Position numbers and translations under genes: made by a program
The notes under the pieces: model-generated
The model's database searches: none
The model's input: only the letters and a program-made list of their open reading frames with translations
Told to the model about the DNA's origin: nothing
Shown: piece after piece, positions 18,658 through 28,849 of the stretch
How the letters are laid out: each line of letters starts with the position of its first letter
How positions within the stretch are numbered: position 1 is the stretch's first letter
Source of the DNA: a virus
Taxonomy: Duplodnaviria; Caudoviricetes
DNA length: 50,950 nt
Strand: one strand, 5' to 3'
IMG/VR virus record: IMGVR_UViG_3300025864_000004
Span: 1 to 50,950 of that record

Positions 18658-18687
18658 TTGACTACGCACCGCCATCGGGTGTAGGAT
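18658..18687 (+). promoter_or_regulatory. Sigma70-like promoter
   Basis: TTGACT-N18-TAGGAT, intergenic. Confidence 0.55.
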
Positions 18688-18713
18688 TGACCAAAGGCTA
18701 ACGGAGGGACACC

Positions 18714-18860
18714 ATGCGCGCTATAGAGGATATGGAAATCAAGGAAATCATCCGCCTAATGCTCACCGATTGGGACAGGTTCACCGATCAAGAACGTGAA
18801 GATGCTATTACCGAAGCCGCAACCGAGTTTCTAGACCGCCGCCATCGGGTTGCCGGGTAA
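18714..18860 (+). CDS. Small acidic hypothetical protein (48 aa)
   Basis: GGAGG RBS; MRAIEDMEIKEIIRLML... Confidence 0.6.
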   Translation: MRAIEDMEIKEIIRLMLTDWDRFTDQEREDAITEAATEFLDRRHRVAG

Positions 18861-18870
18861 ACTGGAGAGT

Positions 18871-18900
18871 GAGGGTCGGGGGTTCGCGCCCCCGGCCCTC
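18871..18900. other. 12-bp GC-rich hairpin
   Basis: GAGGGTCGGGGG-TTCGCG-CCCCCGGCCCTC, intergenic, no U tract. Confidence 0.6.
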
Positions 18901-18958
18901 CGTCCACCCAGCCAAGAGCAGACCGAGACAGTGTACACCCAGCCAAGAGGAGACACAA

Positions 18959-21703
18959 ATGAGCGATACTTGCAAAGCCTGCGGCCTGCCCATTACTGGC
19001 ACACGCGGCGAGACGACGCACACACTAGAGCACCGTGACGGCACACGAACCGTCGCAAAGGACCCCGGCCCGTATCACTACCCCGCTTGTATGCCACCTA
19101 TCGCGTGGAACCACGTGCGGCCCGTATCGGTGGTGCGCAATGTTTAGGATCACAAGCGCAGCCGATGTCATCGCGTGGTGTCTGTTCACCACCGCCACCG
19201 CCGTTATCCTGCTCGACCTTTGCATACTGTTCTGGCTGGCAGCGCCATGACTGCCACCGCCACCCAGGAGTTGTGCTGCCCAAATTGCGGAGCTGACTCC
19301 CACTGCTCCCGCCTTTGTGACGAGCGAGGAGACTGGGGAGCTGCCGATCAGGTAGTCACCTGCAATATGTGTGGGAACGTGTACGGTCACGCCGTGCCTG
19401 TCAGGTACATCATCGAGGCTTGGAAGGTAGGGACACCATGAGCACAATCGCTTGCCCGCGATGTCTAATGGCTATGCGTGCGCCGTCGTTTGTGGATAAC
19501 GGCGCGTGGCCTTGGGTTCTGTGTGCTACGTGCGCTGCCAAGCTGGACCCCGACGGTTGGTATCTTGAGTCGGGCGACCAAGAGTTCGACTCCGAGGGGA
19601 GCACGACGTGAGCACTATCAACAGGGAAGAGGCCGGTGTTTCCGTGCTCCCTTCCGACATCAGCGAGGTCCACGTACACGTCACGACGACCGACGCTCAC
19701 ATCCTGCCGTTCTGTGGCGGTATGAGGCTGTACTTTGACATCAACTCCTCGGAAACGCTTGACGACTTGATCGAGTCACTTATCGAGGCTCGCGCACTGG
19801 TCACGGTTGAGGCTAACAGGAGATGGACGGAAGAGATCAAGATCGACGCAGACAGCGAGTTAGTGGGCAATCCGAGGGAAGAGGCAGCATGAGTGCTGTT
19901 GACGAGTATGAGGCCGTGAGGCATGACATCAACCACAGCGGGTTCCCGCCATTCAGCGGGGAGCAGATGTCTCGTATTCGTGACGCTGCCGACGCCGCTA
20001 TCGCTCAACTGACGTGGATGCTGGACACCTTTATGCACAACCGGACAAGGTACATGAAGATTCGGGGCGGGTACGCCGACATCTTCAATCTCGTGAAGCA
20101 GGACTTAGCGGACGATTACGAGAGGCGATTCGATGATGACTGACGAAGAACGCGACTCTTGGGAGTGGGACCGTTACCAACAGCACATGCACCAACTGGA
20201 GGTAGAGGAAGCCGAGAAGGATCGCATCATAGATGAGGCGTTTCTGGCCTACGAGGCTGAGGGTTTCGAGGAAGAGGTGGAGGTGCCCGCATGTTGACCT
20301 GTGGATCATGCACGGATAAGGACTGCCCCGATACTGGGACCAGCCACACGGCTTGTGACGTATTTACCCAAGACGACATCGAGGAAGCGCTCCCAGACTG
20401 GCAGCCCACGCTAGCAGACTTTGAGAAGCTTGAGAAGCTTTACATCGAGAGCCTGGACGAAGTTACCCGACTTGAGGCTCGTATCGCAGGCTTTGAGAAA
20501 GCTATAGCCGAGCTGGTGCGCTGGGCGCAGGATGAAACGCCATGAGCGCCCCATGGGGAGACAATAGCAGACCCGACAACGGTTGCGGCTTCTGCTCCGA
20601 CTTCCAGCGCATGAAGGACGACCCCGAGGTTTGCTGGGGATGTCCCCACGACCCCAGTGAGGAGGCTTCAGCGCTCGGCTACTCCGAGTTCGAGTGCCCG
20701 GTGTGTGGCGCTCCCGGCAGGGGCTGTACCACCTGCCTAGCCGAACTGAGATGCGACGTAGCATGATCTGGATATACGCAGCCATACTAATTATAGGCTG
20801 GCGCATCTTCGTCGGCCACTACCACTAACCCAGCCAAGGGAGCAGACGTGGAAACCATGTACAAGACGGCACCGCCGATTGAAGAGACAGAGCTAGAGTT
20901 CTGGCGTCGCAAGGCTCAGGACCGCGCAACCTTCATCGCTGAGCAGGAGGCCACGATCCTCAAGCTGAGGGGCCTATTTGATGACATCCGTGATATTTGC
21001 GAAGAGGAGATTGGGGAGCCGCTCCGATGAGCGCGCTCGACGAACTGCGGGATGCGATGGTCGGCCTCGCTCTCGACCTCACGCAGTCACACAGCGATGC
21101 GGGGTACGCAGAGCGCTTTGGCTGCAACCGCTGCATCGCCCTGCTCGACGCCTTCGAGGCCGTGCATCCGGGGCTGGTGGATGGGACGTGGAAGTGTTCG
21201 TGCGGCTCCGTGTATAAGCAGTACAGAGCCCTGTCCCAGGACGGTAGCGGGTTCACTACTTGCTACGCTTGCGCCAAGGAGTCGAAATGAGGGAATCGCT
21301 ATCGTCCACGCGGGGCAAGATAGGCGGGAGCAGGTACAGCCCGCTAACGGCTACTTCGATCGCACGGGGCGGCGCAAACGTCCAGTATGTGCCCATCGAG
21401 CGCCGCTGCGCTTGCGGGAACCTGCTAAGCGGCTACAACCTAGAGCTATACTGTGAGGTGTGCCTGAAGAAGCGGAGCCTTGCTGAGACGGCACCCAGGC
21501 CCAAGGGTGGCTCCATCGTGCCGGAGGTGCGGGAGCGCCTGCTCAGTCACCCCGACTTCACCGACTACTATGGATACTATCGGAGTCTGGGCTGGTCACA
21601 CAAAAATGTGGACTGCGCCATGAGCGCTGCTAGGCGGTATTTCGCCCGAAGAGGTGTGATGCTGATAAGCCAGCGGGGCAAGGGGTACAGGCTTGACACC
21701 TAG
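18959..21703 (+). other. Array of mostly coupled small early genes (starts 18959, 19140, 19247, 19438, 19608, 19889, 20291, 20542, 20848, 21027, 21287)
   Basis: Overlapping ATGA/GTGA junctions; many CxxC motifs; one short membrane peptide (19140-19250). Confidence 0.7.
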
Positions 21704-21722
21704 CAGCCGCCAGGACTACACT
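21693..21722 (+). promoter_or_regulatory. Sigma70-like promoter for the excisionase-like gene
   Basis: TTGACA-N18-TACACT, followed by GGGAGG RBS. Confidence 0.6.
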
Positions 21723-21756
21723 ACGCAACGATAATAGGCGAGAAGGGAGGTTTGTC

Positions 21757-22044
21757 ATGCCTAGGCCGAAGGTAACGGTAGACGATGTACCCGTTGAGCA
21801 ATACTACAGCGGGGCCGTGATCTGTGAGACGTTCGGATTTGGTGCCGTGTACCTATCGAAGTTGAAGCGAGAGCCAGGGTTTCCTTATCTACCGCTGCCC
21901 GGTGGAGAGGCACGCTATCGCATCAGCGAGCTTGAGGAATGGTTTCGAGCACACGGTAGAGATGGCGAAGGTAAGAGGCACGCGGCGCAGGCTGCCCGCG
22001 CCAAGGTTGCGCGCGCCGCAATCGGGAAGAACGGCAAGAGATAG
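21757..22044 (+). CDS. Excisionase/AlpA-like winged-HTH protein
   Basis: ...GFPYLPLPGGEARYRISELEEWF pattern of MerR/Xis-type HTH. Confidence 0.7.
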   Translation: MPRPKVTVDDVPVEQYYSGAVICETFGFGAVYLSKLKREPGFPYLPLPGGEARYRISELEEWFRAHGRDGEGKRHAAQAARAKVARAAIGKNGKR

Positions 22045-22201
22045 GAGGGAGAGCTTGCCAACCACCGCCTGTATGCACTGTGGCACTGAGGAGGGTTTGG
22101 AGCCCGTGGTCACGTTCGAGGGGTACGTCTGTGAAGACTGTAGAACGGACCCGGCACTAAGGGACGGAGCGGTGCTGAGAGAGACGCTCGCAGCTTAACG
22201 A

Positions 22202-22238
22202 GAAGAGGGGGCTAGGGTATTTCCCCGGCCCCCTCTTC
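22202..22238. terminator. Hairpin between convergent transcription blocks
   Basis: GAAGAGGGGGC...GCCCCCTCTTC, between stops at 22198 and 22239. Confidence 0.75.
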
Positions 22239-22514
22239 CTACCTACGGGAACTCATCGGGCGCTCATCGGGGCGGGCACGGAGGTCTGCAAGCACCATCT
22301 CGTCATCGACGATGAGGTCTATATCTGCGACTCTGCGATACTCACCTACCATCAAGAGCAGCATCCGGTCCCGCTCCGCCAGCGCGGCCTCCAGCTCGGC
22401 GATGGCCGCGTCAGCTGCGTTCATGCCGCGCAAGACATCCTGGAGGTCTAGCGTTCCGGTGCCATCTTTCCACGCGGCCCACGCCATCGCCGCTGGTCCC
22501 TGTTCCGTGCTCAC
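22239..22514 (-). CDS. Coiled-coil protein (IAELEA family)
   Basis: GTG after GAGGAG; AADAAIAELEAALAERDR. Confidence 0.65.
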   Translation of the reverse strand: MSTEQGPAAMAWAAWKDGTGTLDLQDVLRGMNAADAAIAELEAALAERDRMLLLMVGEYRRVADIDLIVDDEMVLADLRARPDERPMSSRR

Positions 22515-22651
22515 GTCGTGCTCCTCTGATTGATTTGCCTGTGGTAATCTATCCTCATGTTCAACCTCGCTGATAGCCTGTTTCAAGTGCGTGAGCGGTC
22601 GGTGGCGGCGCTGAATGCGGCGGTGGTGGAGGCGGGGAAGCGGGCAGAGGG

Positions 22652-23023
22652 CTAGTCCCTCTCTGCGTCGTACCCCTTCATAGCGGCGGCGATGACAGAC
22701 TGCAGCCGCTTGGCCTCCGACTCGGCCTTCAGTTTTGCCCTGCAGTATTGGAGTATGAGTTTCCCGGCGTTGACCTCAGACGCTTCGTGCAGCCGTTGTT
22801 CTTCAGCCAGCTCGCCCTCGGCCTGCTCCTTGTTCCCCCGCTCGTGGTACATCGTCGCCATGGCTTCGTCGCGCTCCGCCTCCAGCTCGGCGATGCGGGA
22901 GTGGATGCGGCGCAGCGCACAGTACGGGCACTTGTCCTCCTCCACGTCTTGCGGGTGACCCTCGGCTGGTAGGTAGTCGTAGACCAAGCCGAAGTCTTCT
23001 TCCTGTGGCGTCAGGTCGCTCAC
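22652..23023 (-). CDS. Coiled-coil protein with CxxC (IAELEA family)
   Basis: CPYC...RIAELEAER. Confidence 0.7.
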   Translation of the reverse strand: MSDLTPQEEDFGLVYDYLPAEGHPQDVEEDKCPYCALRRIHSRIAELEAERDEAMATMYHERGNKEQAEGELAEEQRLHEASEVNAGKLILQYCRAKLKAESEAKRLQSVIAAAMKGYDAERD

Positions 23024-23199
23024 GTCGTGCTCCTCTCGGTCTTCAGGGCCGCCAGTTCGGACTCAGCCCGTTCGGCGCGTTCTATTTGTTCGGCAAGGGC
23101 GGCTTTGGCGGCAAAGGCCACCGCTCCAGCGGTCACTCTGAAGCAGAAGGACTCTCTCACTAGGCTTTGGAACGCTTGCCAGGCCGGGTACTCGCTCAC
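23020..23199 (-). CDS. Small coiled-coil protein
   Basis: Coupled GTG start; ERAERAESELAALK. Confidence 0.5.
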   Translation of the reverse strand: MSEYPAWQAFQSLVRESFCFRVTAGAVAFAAKAALAEQIERAERAESELAALKTERSTT

Positions 23200-23279
23200 G
23201 ACAGCCTCCATATCTCCACCGCGCAGCAGAAGATGAAGACTCCGGCAACGATGCCGATGATCTGCGCCAAGACAATCAC
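23196..23279 (-). CDS. 27-aa membrane peptide
   Basis: MIVLAQIIGIVAGVFIFCCAVEIWRLS, after a duplicated RBS unit. Confidence 0.5.
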   Translation of the reverse strand: MIVLAQIIGIVAGVFIFCCAVEIWRLS

Positions 23280-23345
23280 GTCGTCCCCCTCTGATTGATT
23301 TGCCCTCTGAGATACGCTCCAAGCACTCTGTACCCTCTGAAGCCA

Positions 23346-23684
23346 TCAAGTCACCTTAGAGGTGCTCGAAACGGCCACTTTTGCGGCTCCTGTGGGCCTA
23401 AAAGTAGGTGCTCGTCCAGTGCGAAACGGGAAAAGATAACAGGTGGTGGCAGAACACGCTTTTACCTCGTCGTAAGGCCGGTTTGCCTTCTCAACGCTTC
23501 CGTCGCTCAGCCGCCAGTCAGACTCGTGCCCGCCCTGACAGGTCCAGCAGAAGTGCCGGATCGCCTGTCCACGCGTGAGGGTCTTCCCCGTCAGGTTCCC
23601 GTAGCCTGAGCTAACGGAGTCAAAGTCCTCAACAACGTAGCCAGTGGTGACTCTCACCTTGGGCTTGCGTGCTCGCGTTGCCAT
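23346..23684 (-). CDS. Four-Cys phage protein
   Basis: AIRHFCWTC...EVKAC...CYLFPFRTG. Confidence 0.7.
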   Translation of the reverse strand: MATRARKPKVRVTTGYVVEDFDSVSSGYGNLTGKTLTRGQAIRHFCWTCQGGHESDWRLSDGSVEKANRPYDEVKACSATTCYLFPFRTGRAPTFRPTGAAKVAVSSTSKVT

Positions 23685-23911
23685 TCCCTTGCTGCTCCTT
23701 CCATGCTAAGACTGGAATACACGTCCATCAAATCCAGCATGTACGATAGCTTCTCAACCTGACGCGCAAGCTTGACTATGCGAGTCTCATAAGCAAGCTT
23801 AGAGTAGCCATCATCCATGTGATGCGTTATGCACTGGTGCCCATCACGATTAAGAACCACATTGGGCCAGAGCATAGGTGGCGACCCGCCGACTGGTGAT
23901 GCCTTGTTCAT
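23654..23911 (-). CDS. Hypothetical protein
   Basis: In coupled operon. Confidence 0.55.
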   Translation of the reverse strand: MNKASPVGGSPPMLWPNVVLNRDGHQCITHHMDDGYSKLAYETRIVKLARQVEKLSYMLDLMDVYSSLSMEGAAREWQREHASPR

Positions 23912-24186
23912 GTCGCCACCTTCAGGCGGCTCTGTAGACCAGATTCAATGCGGTGCAGGCTGCTTTCTTCCCCCCGGATCAACTTCATCGTGTATTCCAA
24001 ATCTGCCATCTCCTCTTCATCTTCGCACTCACAGAGCGTCATTCGCAGGTTTCGCTTCGTTAGGTAGAGTTGCATCAGCTCCCCGATCACGTACCCCAAC
24101 GCCTTGTCCGACTGGTCGATTGACGCCGACGCAGAGTCCTCGGGCGTCATGTATCCGTTTAGGTTCTCCCGATCAGTTACAGGCAT
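23908..24186 (-). CDS. Hypothetical acidic coiled-coil protein
   Basis: AAGGAG RBS, coupled. Confidence 0.65.
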   Translation of the reverse strand: MPVTDRENLNGYMTPEDSASASIDQSDKALGYVIGELMQLYLTKRNLRMTLCECEDEEEMADLEYTMKLIRGEESSLHRIESGLQSRLKVAT

Positions 24187-24451
24187 GATTCTCCTTTACC
24201 ATCTTGTGAAGCAGGCGTATGAAGTCGTGGTAGACCTTCCCCGCTGCCTCTAGCTGGGTTAGTACTTGATGGTCACCCTCGTGGGCAAGATTGTGGTGCG
24301 TCCTGCACAGGGGCACCATCTCCAGCAGGCCATCCCCCGCACCCTGCCCCTTGCGCAATGGCCAGTGATGGGGATCACAAGGCGTGTAGCCGCAAAGCAG
24401 GCAACTCCTAGCGCGGGTCCACTTCCTATTTGCTATGTCCGTAGATGTCAT
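24173..24451 (-). CDS. HNH-fold protein (DUF968/Ref-like)
   Basis: CLLC...DPHH...VPLCRTHH...H. Confidence 0.7.
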   Translation of the reverse strand: MTSTDIANRKWTRARSCLLCGYTPCDPHHWPLRKGQGAGDGLLEMVPLCRTHHNLAHEGDHQVLTQLEAAGKVYHDFIRLLHKMVKENHACN

Positions 24452-24750
24452 CGCCACCATCCCTTCTCCTTTCCGCAAACTAGAAACTCCTCGGTGCTGT
24501 GTATGATCCAATACAGGCTGCCGTTCCGCGTAGCACTCTGCTCAAAGACCCTCTGCGGCTCGGACTGCTTGTTCCTGTCAACCTTTGTTTCTACGTATAA
24601 AGTAGTATTGTGTCCAAACAAAACTAGGTCTGCGTGTCCTTTTTTCATGTAGGTTTTGGGCTGGCTTCGAGTCTGGTTGACCGGCCACACCTCGAAGCCC
24701 AGCCTCTCGGCGTACTCGGCCAGCTCTGCGCAGAACTTGGATTCACTCAC
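24448..24750 (-). CDS. VRR-NUC-type nuclease
   Basis: SE...KGHADL...YVETK...SEPQ motif. Confidence 0.8.
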   Translation of the reverse strand: MSESKFCAELAEYAERLGFEVWPVNQTRSQPKTYMKKGHADLVLFGHNTTLYVETKVDRNKQSEPQRVFEQSATRNGSLYWIIHSTEEFLVCGKEKGWWR

Positions 24751-25132
24751 GGGCGCGCCAATCATCGAAGATGCCGAGTGCAATTGACAGCCCCTCCCAC
24801 TCAGCACTGTCTCCATACAATGCCGCCTCTTGCTTTCGCCTGACGATGGATAGCCTGAAACCCTCAAGCCGCCTGTCCCGCTCCGCCAGTGCGGCCTCGG
24901 CCTGCTTCAAATCTTCTCCCGCTTCCTTGACGACGCTTGCAAGTCCCGAGATGATGCCGTTGTCGGTCTTGTTCTCCGCCTCCAGCGCGGCGATGCGGGC
25001 TTTCAAAGTCTCTGTCTCTTTGCAAATGGCACCCAGCGACTCGAACGCCTCAGCCTGGTCGCCTGTCAGCGGAACGACCGCATGGACCTCGTCCATGAAT
25101 TGAAAGTGCCTGCCTACTTTGCGAGTGCTCAT
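24743..25132 (-). CDS. Coiled-coil protein (IAALEAE family)
   Basis: RIAALEAEN, EAALAERDR. Confidence 0.65.
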   Translation of the reverse strand: MSTRKVGRHFQFMDEVHAVVPLTGDQAEAFESLGAICKETETLKARIAALEAENKTDNGIISGLASVVKEAGEDLKQAEAALAERDRRLEGFRLSIVRRKQEAALYGDSAEWEGLSIALGIFDDWRARE

Positions 25133-26397
25133 CAGAAGTTCTCCAATCTGCAAAAACTAGGAAGCCAGAGTAGGTCCACCGATCCGGTACGACCATGCCG
25201 GTTCTTCGCCACGTGAACGGAGATCGTCTTCGCTCCGCCTTCTTCTTGGGGCTGGGACAGCAGAAGAACCGTGTCGGCGTCCTGCTCAAGAGAACCCGAC
25301 TCACGGAGCTGGGAGAGCTTTGGCTTGCCGTCACCGAGGGGTGACTCAGACTCGCGGTTGAGCTGGGAGAGTGCCAGCACCGGACAGTGCAGCTCCCGAG
25401 CCAACGCCTTCAGCTCTCTGCTAATTGACGACACCTCAACGAAGCGTGACTCCTGCCTACTACCGTGAGTGAGAAGCTGAAGGTAGTCAACAACGATCAG
25501 CCTGACCCGCTTACGGGCGGCAAGCTGCCGGGCTCTGCTCTTGAGTGATAGCAGGGTGAGTGAGGGGTTGTCGATGATCTCCATGTCGAGAGCCGAAAAC
25601 ACGTCGTGACTCTTCATGAGCCTAGATGTCTGCTCATGCCCGAGGTTACGGGAGCGCACGCAGGTGAGGGACACGTTGGCGATGGCGCACAGTATCCGCT
25701 CCGTCAGCTCGGCTTTGCTCATTTCCAGGCTGAAGAAGGCCACCGTGCCCTCGCTCGCCACGTTACGGGCGATGTTGAGGGCAAGGCTGGTCTTCCCTAT
25801 GCCGGGCCGAGCCCCGATGAGCATGAGGTTGCCGTTGTACATGCCCGTGGTCTGTTCGTCCAAGGCGGCGAAGCCGGTACTCACGGTGTCTGGTGCCTTC
25901 TTCTCAATACACTCATCGATGATGGTCGCAGCCACGCTCTTGAGCGACTCCGTATCGGATGCCACGTTGGGCCTCAGCCTGTAGACCCTGGCCTCAGCCG
26001 CGTCCAGCAGAATCCCCGGCTCGTCACTCGTCTTGTAGCCCAGCTCAACGATCTCGTGCCCGGCACGAATGAGGTCACGCTGGGTAGCCGTAGCCTTGAC
26101 AATGCCCGCATAGTGGGTAGCGTTTGTAGCCACGGGGCAGGACTCAGCTAGTGTGTGGATGTAGCCGCCATCATCGGGGAACTTGGCGCTGATCGTAACC
26201 GTGTCTGCGCTCCCGGTGTTGGAAGTCCAAGCGCCCAGGATACTCTCAAAGATACTCCCGTTGATGTCCTTGTAGAAGTCCCTCGCAACGACCATATCGC
26301 TGACCACGCCTATAGCATCCGGGTTGACCAGCATGGCACCTAAAAGTGCCTGCTCCGCCTTCAGATCGTGCGGCGGGACCAGGGTCGTGGTTGTCAA
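25132..26397 (-). CDS. dnaB: Replicative DNA helicase
   Basis: PPHDLKAEQALLG, GARPGIGKT, FSLEM, VDYLQL, LSQLNR, LRESGSLEQDAD, KNRHG. Confidence 0.97.
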   Translation of the reverse strand: MTTTTLVPPHDLKAEQALLGAMLVNPDAIGVVSDMVVARDFYKDINGSIFESILGAWTSNTGSADTVTISAKFPDDGGYIHTLAESCPVATNATHYAGIVKATATQRDLIRAGHEIVELGYKTSDEPGILLDAAEARVYRLRPNVASDTESLKSVAATIIDECIEKKAPDTVSTGFAALDEQTTGMYNGNLMLIGARPGIGKTSLALNIARNVASEGTVAFFSLEMSKAELTERILCAIANVSLTCVRSRNLGHEQTSRLMKSHDVFSALDMEIIDNPSLTLLSLKSRARQLAARKRVRLIVVDYLQLLTHGSRQESRFVEVSSISRELKALARELHCPVLALSQLNRESESPLGDGKPKLSQLRESGSLEQDADTVLLLSQPQEEGGAKTISVHVAKNRHGRTGSVDLLWLPSFCRLENF

Positions 26398-26897
26398 GCC
26401 GTCTCCCTCTTCTCCATCTCAGCCTTCGCCAGGTTCTGCTCCGTGAGCCACAGTTTTGCCTGCGCTTGCGCCAGTTCGGCCTCGGCCTGCTCGGCACGGT
26501 GTAGCGCATCTCCCGCCTCCAGCAGTGGGCCGAGCGCCTTGACCGCCTCAGTTTCCATCGCAGTCAACGGTGCGACTACGTGGTTGAGTTCCTCAATCCG
26601 TGCATCCAGCTCGGCGATGCGCCTCATCAACTCATTCTCCGGTCGCTCTTCGCACTCTTCAGCGTGGGCCAGCATGACGTTGATGTCCTTCTCCATCGTG
26701 GTCCCGCAGAAGATGCAGATGCTCGTTTTGGCTGCCGCCTCCAGTTCGGCAATGTACTCCCCCCGAGACTCGTACAGCTTATTGGTGCAGTGCAGCGTAA
26801 GGGCCTGGGCCTTGGCCTCCGCATCCAGCGTGGCAATGCGGGCGAGGAGCCCCTCCTGCTCGCGGAAACCCCTTCGGGAAGCTGCTGCGCTGCTCAC
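26394..26897 (-). CDS. Coiled-coil protein with CxxC..H..C (IAELEA family)
   Basis: Three IA.L(E/D)A units; CIFC...HAEEC. Confidence 0.7.
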   Translation of the reverse strand: MSSAAASRRGFREQEGLLARIATLDAEAKAQALTLHCTNKLYESRGEYIAELEAAAKTSICIFCGTTMEKDINVMLAHAEECEERPENELMRRIAELDARIEELNHVVAPLTAMETEAVKALGPLLEAGDALHRAEQAEAELAQAQAKLWLTEQNLAKAEMEKRETA

Positions 26898-27796
26898 GAG
26901 ATCACCACCGGATGTAGCATCTCTTCAGCATGAGTCTCTCCCCACCGCGACAGCTTCTCCACGTCGGCAGCCTTCTTCACAGTCCAACCATGCAGCTCGT
27001 CGAGCACGGCCCATGTGCTCTTGCTCGTGTCGGGCTTGCAGGTGCCCGCGTAGTCACAGTAGCCACACTGCCAATCAGGCTCACAGCTTATGGTTTTTCC
27101 GTAACTCCTTAGCTGTAGCACCTTGTCGAGCTTCGGGGGCAAGTGACCCACGCCCTCAAAGGATACGTAGGCGCGGGCCTCTTCCAGCTCGTCCATAAGC
27201 GCTGTCATCTCGGCTTTGACAAGGGGCACCGCGTACTCGTTCGGCTCGCCAGAGCCATCACGACTCACGTACCACAGTAGTGGCATGGCGTCCAACTCGT
27301 ACTCCTTCACCAGCTCCCAGTGGTAAGAAGATGCCTGATGGACATGGGGCACCTTGGGGAGCGTGTAGTTGGATGCGTTTCCCCGGTGTGTTTTGACCTC
27401 GGTGATGCGCCGGCTGCCGTCAAGCTCCACGATCAGGTCGGTGCGGCCACCCCAGTTCTGACGACCCGCAAACGGTACCGGAGTCTGGTGGGAGATGAGC
27501 CATCCCTTCCACATGAAGGCAGCGGTCAGCATGGCCTCGATAAACTCAGCAACGTCGTACATGCGAGCTGCGTTACGCTTAGCCTCTGGAGATTCATAGT
27601 CCTTGGTGGTGGAGAGTAACCGATAACAAACTTGCCTCGGGCACTTCCCAATATCTGTTGCATACAGGCGAAATGGGTCCCGAACCTTTTCAACTTTAGG
27701 CTCTAGGAAAACATTGTAAAAACACAATCCAGCTTCCTTGTCTCCAGCTTGCCGCGCTTGGAGAAACTCGTCATAAACATTTGCGAGGAGAGTCAT
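26894..27796 (-). CDS. Cas4-like PD-(D/E)XK exonuclease
   Basis: CPRQ, GRTD, EVKT, QASSY, CGYCDYAGTC (Fe-S type Cys pattern). Confidence 0.85.
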   Translation of the reverse strand: MTLLANVYDEFLQARQAGDKEAGLCFYNVFLEPKVEKVRDPFRLYATDIGKCPRQVCYRLLSTTKDYESPEAKRNAARMYDVAEFIEAMLTAAFMWKGWLISHQTPVPFAGRQNWGGRTDLIVELDGSRRITEVKTHRGNASNYTLPKVPHVHQASSYHWELVKEYELDAMPLLWYVSRDGSGEPNEYAVPLVKAEMTALMDELEEARAYVSFEGVGHLPPKLDKVLQLRSYGKTISCEPDWQCGYCDYAGTCKPDTSKSTWAVLDELHGWTVKKAADVEKLSRWGETHAEEMLHPVVIS

Positions 27797-28251
27797 ACGG
27801 ACACCCACTTTTTTCCACAGACAATGAGGCTAACCATTGATTGAGATACGCCATACAGCGTGGCAATTTCTACCTGCGTAAACCCAGCATTCACAAGGTA
27901 TCGGATGGACCGAACGTTTTCGCTGGAGAGCTTGGCCTGTCCGTGCCGCTCGCCCCTTATGTCGGGGACCACACCCCGACCCTTCCCATTCATGTCCCTC
28001 ATGTTGTCGGCTTGAGTACCAAGGAAAAGATGTCCGGGCTTCACGCAGCCAGGATTGTCGCAACGATGAAGGACGCACATGCTCTCCGGAATCTCACCCA
28101 CGAATAGCCCATACGCCACTCGATGAGCATATTCAGCCCTGCCGTTGCCATCGTAGATGCTGCCATAGCCCGATGCATACTTACCGGCAGTCCACTCCCA
28201 GCAGTCGTCGCCTATGAGAACCTTCTCTGCAAACCTCTCAAGCAGCGTCAT
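27793..28251 (-). CDS. HNH homing endonuclease
   Basis: CWEW, AHR, VLHRCDNPGCVKPGHL..GT..DN, C-terminal HTH. Confidence 0.92.
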   Translation of the reverse strand: MTLLERFAEKVLIGDDCWEWTAGKYASGYGSIYDGNGRAEYAHRVAYGLFVGEIPESMCVLHRCDNPGCVKPGHLFLGTQADNMRDMNGKGRGVVPDIRGERHGQAKLSSENVRSIRYLVNAGFTQVEIATLYGVSQSMVSLIVCGKKWVSV

Positions 28252-28378
28252 TTTTTACCCCACCCTTTCTTCTTTTTCTTGACCGGCTTTGGGAACGCAA
28301 CTCCGCTGTAGTCCATCTTCGGACCCTCAACTATCTTCTTGGGAAACTTCTCCGGCAGCTTGTCGGGTACCTTCTTCA

Positions 28379-28849
28379 TCAGAACTCCCGGTCGCATTCG
28401 TATCGTGCCGGTACGCCGGTGCCGAACACCACAACTGCGCTAGGGAACGGGGCTCTGTCTGTCTTGCCTTCCTGCTGGAAGTAGACTCGCCCGCGGATGA
28501 ACGTCACGTCACCCTTCATACAGTAGTCGTGCCACCATGCCGTATCCGTGCGGCTCGGGACGAGACAGACAACGATCTCTGCGTCTCCACTGGAACACGA
28601 CTCGTAGGCTTTGCGAAGCCACTTTCCAATCTGCCTTCCATATGGCGGATTCATAAACACCCGCCCGGTCCACCGTTGCGATAGGCCATCCTCAATAGCG
28701 GTGAAGTGCTCGTCGCACTTTGTGTTGTAATCGGTGCAGCACGGGTCAAGCGTGAAGGGACCGTATTGTGCATTCAACTCGCCGAACAGACCGTGTGGGG
28801 TCGCCCACTCACTCGTGGTGCTACTCATCATGCCGGGGTTGATACTCAT
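28379..28849 (-). CDS. Phage DNA N6-adenine methyltransferase (Dam-like)
   Basis: EWATP, LDPC, NPPY, LVPSRTDTAWW. Confidence 0.93.
   Translation of the reverse strand: MSINPGMMSSTTSEWATPHGLFGELNAQYGPFTLDPCCTDYNTKCDEHFTAIEDGLSQRWTGRVFMNPPYGRQIGKWLRKAYESCSSGDAEIVVCLVPSRTDTAWWHDYCMKGDVTFIRGRVYFQQEGKTDRAPFPSAVVVFGTGVPARYECDREF

Noticed and set aside
18871-18906. tRNA or tRNA fragment (GGTTCG...CCA)
   Set aside because: Only one hairpin with a 6-nt loop; no D or anticodon arm
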